DNA of 63,899 nucleotides from a virus (Duplodnaviria; Heunggongvirae; Uroviricota; Caudoviricetes): IMG/VR virus record IMGVR_UViG_643348545_000007; one strand, 5' to 3'. Shown piece by piece: positions 59,511 to 63,899 of this stretch (position 1 is its first letter; each line of letters starts with the position of its first letter). The notes under the pieces were generated by a model. It saw only the letters and a program-made list of their open reading frames with translations, ran no database searches and was not told where the DNA came from. The position numbers and the translations under genes were made by a program.

Positions 59511-60155
59511 TTATGTAACAGTCCATGCAGGGCTGAAATCTGCCTGCTGAAATAACTCCGTTAGCCCGCTAATCTGCTTTAACCTCAGAACTTCATCCTG
59601 GTCCATCCCCAGTTCTGTTCCGATACGTTCATCAGTCCAGCCAAGACGTGAAAGATCTCTGACAATATCAGACATTGAGGTTATCTGGTGTTTCCCCCTG
59701 GCTCTGTTATGTCGGATAGTCGCGGCAATACGTGAGGTTTGTCCCTTTCGGTCTGGATTAATACAGGTTACTGGTAGCCAGCCTTTCAGGCGTTTTCCAG
59801 TAACTGTTCTTCTACCTAGTAACTGCCTATGAAAACCATCCACCACCAGGTAATGGCTTGTTTCTTCCGAAACAACAATTGGTTGAGTAAAACCGTCTTT
59901 TTCCAGAGATTGTTTCAGTAATTTTTTTTCGCTTGGGGCCATGACATTGGGATTATAATCGTTAGCGACAATTTCATCCGCTTTTACCCACAGCACACAG
60001 TCCACTGGTTCTTGAGCAAAGGGGCTGATCTCATGGAGTACGCAGCGGAGATGGTTCAGGGCCTGTATGGTTTTCTCTTCAGATTGTTCCTGACTGAAGT
60101 ACTGTCGAATCATCTTGCTCAGCACCTCCACCTCTGGTGTCACAGAATTCCCCAT
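59511..60155 (-). CDS. ibrB: ParB-like nuclease-domain protein (IbrB-like)
   Basis: ..YLVVDGFHRQLLGRR.. ParB/Srx N-domain motif; overlaps the 3' end of the upstream PAPS-reductase-like gene; strong AGGAGG RBS. Confidence 0.7.
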   Translation of the reverse strand: MGNSVTPEVEVLSKMIRQYFSQEQSEEKTIQALNHLRCVLHEISPFAQEPVDCVLWVKADEIVANDYNPNVMAPSEKKLLKQSLEKDGFTQPIVVSEETSHYLVVDGFHRQLLGRRTVTGKRLKGWLPVTCINPDRKGQTSRIAATIRHNRARGKHQITSMSDIVRDLSRLGWTDERIGTELGMDQDEVLRLKQISGLTELFQQADFSPAWTVT

Positions 60156-61366
60156 TCCTTCCTCCTTTCATTCATACGCTGCAGGTAACGTTCATAGTGC
60201 CGGGGTTTGTTGGGGCTGAAGGAGAGCGTTCGGCACCAGAAATCATTCTTTATGAGAGTCTTACAAATACGTCGCCAAGAGGGAACATCCCGGCAGCCCA
60301 GATCATTTTCCTGTTCATCCGGGATATCATCCGGGAATCCCCGGTTCTGATACCAGCGCAGGTAGACTGCTATCTTGTTGCGGTAGTGTTCAGCCGTTCT
60401 TTCCGGCATTACGTCCAGCAGGAAGAACGCATAGCTGCGCCAGGTATGATGGGATGGTTTTGACATCCGTTTACGCAGGGCAAAATAGGCCCCGCTTTCA
60501 TTGGCATAAAGAGCCCCACTGGCAGCACCAGATACTCGTTCACACATCCGTGCCCAAGTTTCTGGCTCCAGAACATGATAAAGCCATAGTCCCTTACGCT
60601 GTTCCGGGCCAAAAGGCTCACAGACACGCATATTACGTAGAGGAATGCCTGCACGGTACATCAAATCATACAGAGGATTGTAGATTGCACAGGTTTTAGC
60701 GTTATATACCCAGATATCGTTGGTTTTCCAGTCATACAGCGGATACATGGTGTAGTAAAAACCTTCAGGTGACGCCGTGGTCCAGGGTTTATCATCTGCA
60801 TATCTCAGTTTTCGTTGGGAAACCAGTCCCATAAATCTGTTAAGAGATTCATCCGCGCGGACTCCAGTCAGTATTGCCACGCTACATTGGTTACTTGCGA
60901 ACCAGGAAGAAAAAGCTGGGACAAATTCTTCAAAAGTCATGGCGTAGCGGTAAAAGGGGAAATACGCCATATCAGTAATAGCATCTTCCGGTGGCTGTCG
61001 AACCCACTCTACACCGGGCTCCCAGCATATCCACTCAGGCTGAAACTGCGAGACACCATTTACTGTCGTCAGGGGAAGTGCAACCCAGTAAAAGGTATCT
61101 GTTACATCTTGGTACATCATCCGCATCTTCTGTATATGATCAATGGTGCATTGATACTGGGCTTCCCAGTCAATGAACAATACAGAAAAACGACGTTTCT
61201 TCCTGTAGGCCACTTCGGCTACAAGATGGAAAAGTACAGTGGAATCTTTACCGCCAGAAAAAGATAAACATACAGAAGAGAATGTTTCAAACAACCATTC
61301 AATGCGGTGAATGGCTGCTGACAAAACATCTTCTCCAGTTCTGATTTTTGTTATAGTTACCGGCAT
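60140..61366 (-). CDS. ibrA: PAPS-reductase-like (PP-loop ATPase) protein (IbrA-like)
   Basis: PP-loop motif LSFSGGKDSTV near the N-terminus; 408 aa; arranged as a pair with the ParB-like gene. Confidence 0.7.
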   Translation of the reverse strand: MPVTITKIRTGEDVLSAAIHRIEWLFETFSSVCLSFSGGKDSTVLFHLVAEVAYRKKRRFSVLFIDWEAQYQCTIDHIQKMRMMYQDVTDTFYWVALPLTTVNGVSQFQPEWICWEPGVEWVRQPPEDAITDMAYFPFYRYAMTFEEFVPAFSSWFASNQCSVAILTGVRADESLNRFMGLVSQRKLRYADDKPWTTASPEGFYYTMYPLYDWKTNDIWVYNAKTCAIYNPLYDLMYRAGIPLRNMRVCEPFGPEQRKGLWLYHVLEPETWARMCERVSGAASGALYANESGAYFALRKRMSKPSHHTWRSYAFFLLDVMPERTAEHYRNKIAVYLRWYQNRGFPDDIPDEQENDLGCRDVPSWRRICKTLIKNDFWCRTLSFSPNKPRHYERYLQRMNERRKEWGIL

Positions 61367-61562
61367 ACAATCTGATAAAAATAGCGAGGGTTTGCATTTT
61401 ACCTAGTAACGTTATGTAACTATTTTTTTGAATAAAGGCAATGAGATAATGATAAAAAATGTTTATCTAATGTACTGAGCTCTTCTCTTTATTGTATTAA
61501 CTCTTCGATTTCAGCGGCGTTGTCGTTCAGGCATGAAAAAAGGAGCCGAAGCTCCTTTGGTT

Positions 61563-62192
61563 TCAGAATTCAAATTGTCTTGCCCGCAGGCTTTTCAGCA
61601 TTGGCATGGCCCGCTGGATAACGGAACTTGACATGTCGAGACGTGTTACCTCCCTTAGTAGCGCGTCTCTGTTCTTCGTCACCATGTAGATAGTCTCAAA
61701 CGCAATGTCATACAGCTTGTTCGTGTATGAGGAGTTCAGCTCTTTCATTATGGGGTACAGCTGCTTGCTAAGGTCCTGGGCTTTTTCCATCCAGAGTTGC
61801 ATGTAGCAAAGGAGGATGATTTCCTCGGCGGTAAATTGTGGCTGTGATTCTGCTTGTACTGGCTGAATGTTGCGAAGTTTCTTTTCGCACTCGATGAAGT
61901 AGCGGCGGATCTGGCGGCCTTTTTCGTTTCGTTCAACCATCGCAAGCTCTTTGGCTGTGTCCAGGGTGAGGTGGTAGTCCTTGCGGCGGCGGCCTAGAGT
62001 TTTCGCCAAATTTGGCGAAAATAGAATGTAGTCTAAATTTTCTACGAATCCATACTCGTTTAGCCTGGCCCGTATCCAGTTAGAAAAATCTTTACCTACC
62101 TCTAAAAACCCATGCAAATCACGCGCGTTCACCAGAAGCGTAGGTTCATTTGAGATTGTACCTTCAAACACAGGGATGAGTTGAGTGGTCAT
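61563..62192 (-). CDS. AntA-domain antirepressor-like protein with shared C-terminal domain
   Basis: N-terminal ..LLVNARDLHGFLEVGKDFSNWIRARLNEYGFVENLDYILF..DYHLTLDTAKELAMVE fits AntA; C-terminal ~95 aa near-identical to 17911..18582; ATG at 62190-62192 with AGGAGG RBS (ORF-track start further upstream). Confidence 0.65.
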   Translation of the reverse strand: MTTQLIPVFEGTISNEPTLLVNARDLHGFLEVGKDFSNWIRARLNEYGFVENLDYILFSPNLAKTLGRRRKDYHLTLDTAKELAMVERNEKGRQIRRYFIECEKKLRNIQPVQAESQPQFTAEEIILLCYMQLWMEKAQDLSKQLYPIMKELNSSYTNKLYDIAFETIYMVTKNRDALLREVTRLDMSSSVIQRAMPMLKSLRARQFEF

Positions 62193-62472
62193 GATGACCT
62201 CCTTTGGCTTTTTTCGAGAAATGCCACCACAAAATGTGGTGCCGGGAGGCTCGAAACGGCCCAAAAGATACCGCGGACTTATTCCCCTTGCGGGTGTTGT
62301 ATTCGTCGCCCTCCCGACATGGATCGGGGATGTGACCGCACATTGTGCCATCACTGAATGACAGGCATAAAAAATCCAACACTGACGGGGTTGGCTTAAT
62401 CCGCTTTTGGGAGGTTTTCGAGGTCTCGGCGCGGAGTATAGTCACTATTGGATGCTGTCGTCAACAGCGTGG

Positions 62473-62910
62473 TTACAATTCATTCCAAATGCGATAGTTT
62501 TTTATTTGCCATATTAAGCTATTGGAGACCCTGTATTTATCTGCAAGAACTGAATTTGGTACACTCATTTCATTAGCTCTTATAAATAGCACTTGCTCTT
62601 TAGTTAGTTTTGCTCGCCCATGTTTTTCATGACGTGCTTGGCGTTTTCGTTTCTGTCGATCAGCATTATTATCAAGGATTGTTCCTATTAGTAAATGCTT
62701 TGGATTACAACATGCAGGATTATCGCAAGAATGCCTGACAACCATGCCCGCAGGAATTTCTCCAATAAAAATTCGGTAAATTAACCTATGCGCGCCAGTT
62801 TTAATACGTTTACCCTTTGAGCCGATTAAAAGACGCCCATAACCAAAATCATCTTTTGGTAAAATATTTTCAATGCAATTGTCAGGAAAATTATTTAAAA
62901 GGTTTTTCAT
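62473..62910 (-). CDS. HNH endonuclease
   Basis: ..GAHRLIYRIFIGEIPAGMVVRHSCDNPACCNPKHL.. HNH motif with Cys pair. Confidence 0.75.
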   Translation of the reverse strand: MKNLLNNFPDNCIENILPKDDFGYGRLLIGSKGKRIKTGAHRLIYRIFIGEIPAGMVVRHSCDNPACCNPKHLLIGTILDNNADRQKRKRQARHEKHGRAKLTKEQVLFIRANEMSVPNSVLADKYRVSNSLIWQIKNYRIWNEL

Positions 62911-63131
62911 GAGAAGCCCGATATAAATAAAAAAGCCGCAAAGCTATCGGGTGCGGATGACCGCTTATTTGTTCAGTGCGGTCAGTATGCGATAGCTCAG
63001 GCGGATTTGTCAATCTGCGGAAATATTGATGAACGAGTGACGGTATATACCCAACCCGGACAATTAACGTAAATTCACATCGTAAACTTGCGTTAATTGT
63101 CTGAAATATCTACTTAAACCCTATTAAATTT

Positions 63132-63181
63132 TTGGGGCACTATTGGGGCAAAATGTGGTTGTTTGGGGCATATTTGGGGCA
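63132..63181. repeat. Four TTGGGGCA direct repeats (candidate integrase arm-type sites)
   Basis: Copies at 63132-63139, 63143-63150, 63163-63170 and 63174-63181, about 125-170 bp from the attR core. Confidence 0.5.
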
Positions 63182-63290
63182 AAAAAGAACGTATAAATAA
63201 CGGTGTAAAATCGATTTCTTCATGGTCAAAATGAGGTGTAACAGATTGAAAAATATGTGCTCTTGGACGATCTTCGGTAATTCTGTGTTT

Positions 63291-63353
63291 TTAATGCATC
63301 ATGGTTTCAATATGTCCGTACATGGAATAATAAAGCACCAGAACTTTAGCCAT
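63291..63353 (-). pseudogene. wrbA: wrbA 5' fragment (first 17 native codons, then a phage-derived stop)
   Basis: Minus-strand translation MAKVLVLYYSMYGHIET, then MMH-stop inside prophage DNA. Confidence 0.8.
63304..63316. other. attR core (GTTTCAATATGTC)
   Basis: 12 of 13 identical to the attL core; wrbA 5' coding sequence resumes here. Confidence 0.6.
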
Positions 63354-63725
63354 TTCTAACCACTCCTCGTGTTATCTCTATTCCGTAGCGATTCGCTACC
63401 ACTTATTTAAAGATAAGACGTCCTTTTCAGAGTGCAAATTTCACAACCACTTATTTGATTTATAACAACTTTCACAAGCACGTAATTTTGTCGCAAAATG
63501 ACACATTTTTATCTCATCGCGTTTTTTTAATCATAAGAGCGGCTTATGGATAATTATTGGAGATGATATCTATTCTCGCTAAGAAGCTGTTGCAGGATAT
63601 TACCAAACGCGGGTCTGCCCGCGTCAGTTCACTAAGCTTAGTCCCACGTAGCGAAAATATGGCAGCCGCCATACGCCGCGTTAATTCTATGCAATATGAT
63701 GTCTATACCCAGACGGAGGTCAGTA

Positions 63726-63899
63726 ATGGCAAACCATCGAGGCGGTTCCGGCAATTTTGCAGAAGACCGCGAAAGAGCATCAGAAGCAGGTAAAAAAGGT
63801 GGACAGCACAGCGGGGGTAATTTCAAAAATGACCCGCAGCGCGCATCTGAAGCAGGTAAAAAAGGTGGCAAGAGCAGTCACGGTAAAAGCGACAACTAG
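63726..63899 (+). CDS. ymdF: YmdF/YciG-family stress protein (KGG-repeat)
   Basis: MANHRGGSGNFAEDRERASEAGKKGGQHSGGNFKNDPQRASEAGKKGGK..; host gene next to wrbA in E. coli; GGAGG RBS. Confidence 0.85.
   Translation: MANHRGGSGNFAEDRERASEAGKKGGQHSGGNFKNDPQRASEAGKKGGKSSHGKSDN

Noticed and set aside
63557..63793. 78-aa ORF upstream of and overlapping ymdF
   Set aside because: It overlaps the ymdF start and the wrbA/ymdF promoter region in another frame with no RBS; ymdF (63726..63899) is the supported gene.

Overview
The window is an almost complete ~62.8 kb lambdoid prophage (548..63316) inserted inside the host wrbA gene, with the wrbA 3' part at the left edge and a wrbA 5' stub plus ymdF at the right edge. 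The backbone resembles 933W/Stx-converting phages but carries no stx genes at the expected Q to nanS-p position. Gene order: int-xis, Red recombination (exo-bet-gam), a P22-type N with GACAA-loop boxB nut sites, a lambda-identical immunity region (OL/pL, cI, OR, cro), cII with an oop-like antisense terminator, DnaT-like and DnaC-like replication genes, nin region (ninB, ninE, ybcO-like, rusA, ninH), a Q-like gene, duplicated tR'-like terminators, nanS-p esterase, S21-type holin, SAR endolysin, Rz/Rz1, Rha, terminase, portal, scaffold, capsid, a collagen-like tail fibre and several very large virion proteins. The strongest candidate for an undescribed system is a two-gene cassette of unrecognised proteins in the rexAB slot between cI and the immunity terminator (9824..11130). 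Other cargo: a Zn-ribbon/HEPN-like gene and a HigB/HigA-like pair on the opposite strand in the nin region, an Eib-like trimeric autotransporter with a LuxR-type regulator, Lom/Ail, a hok/mok type I toxin missed by the ORF track, an IbrAB-like PAPS-reductase/ParB pair, a Panacea-like gene and an HNH endonuclease. All calls rest on reading the translations and DNA by eye and on recalled family sequences; no database search was run.
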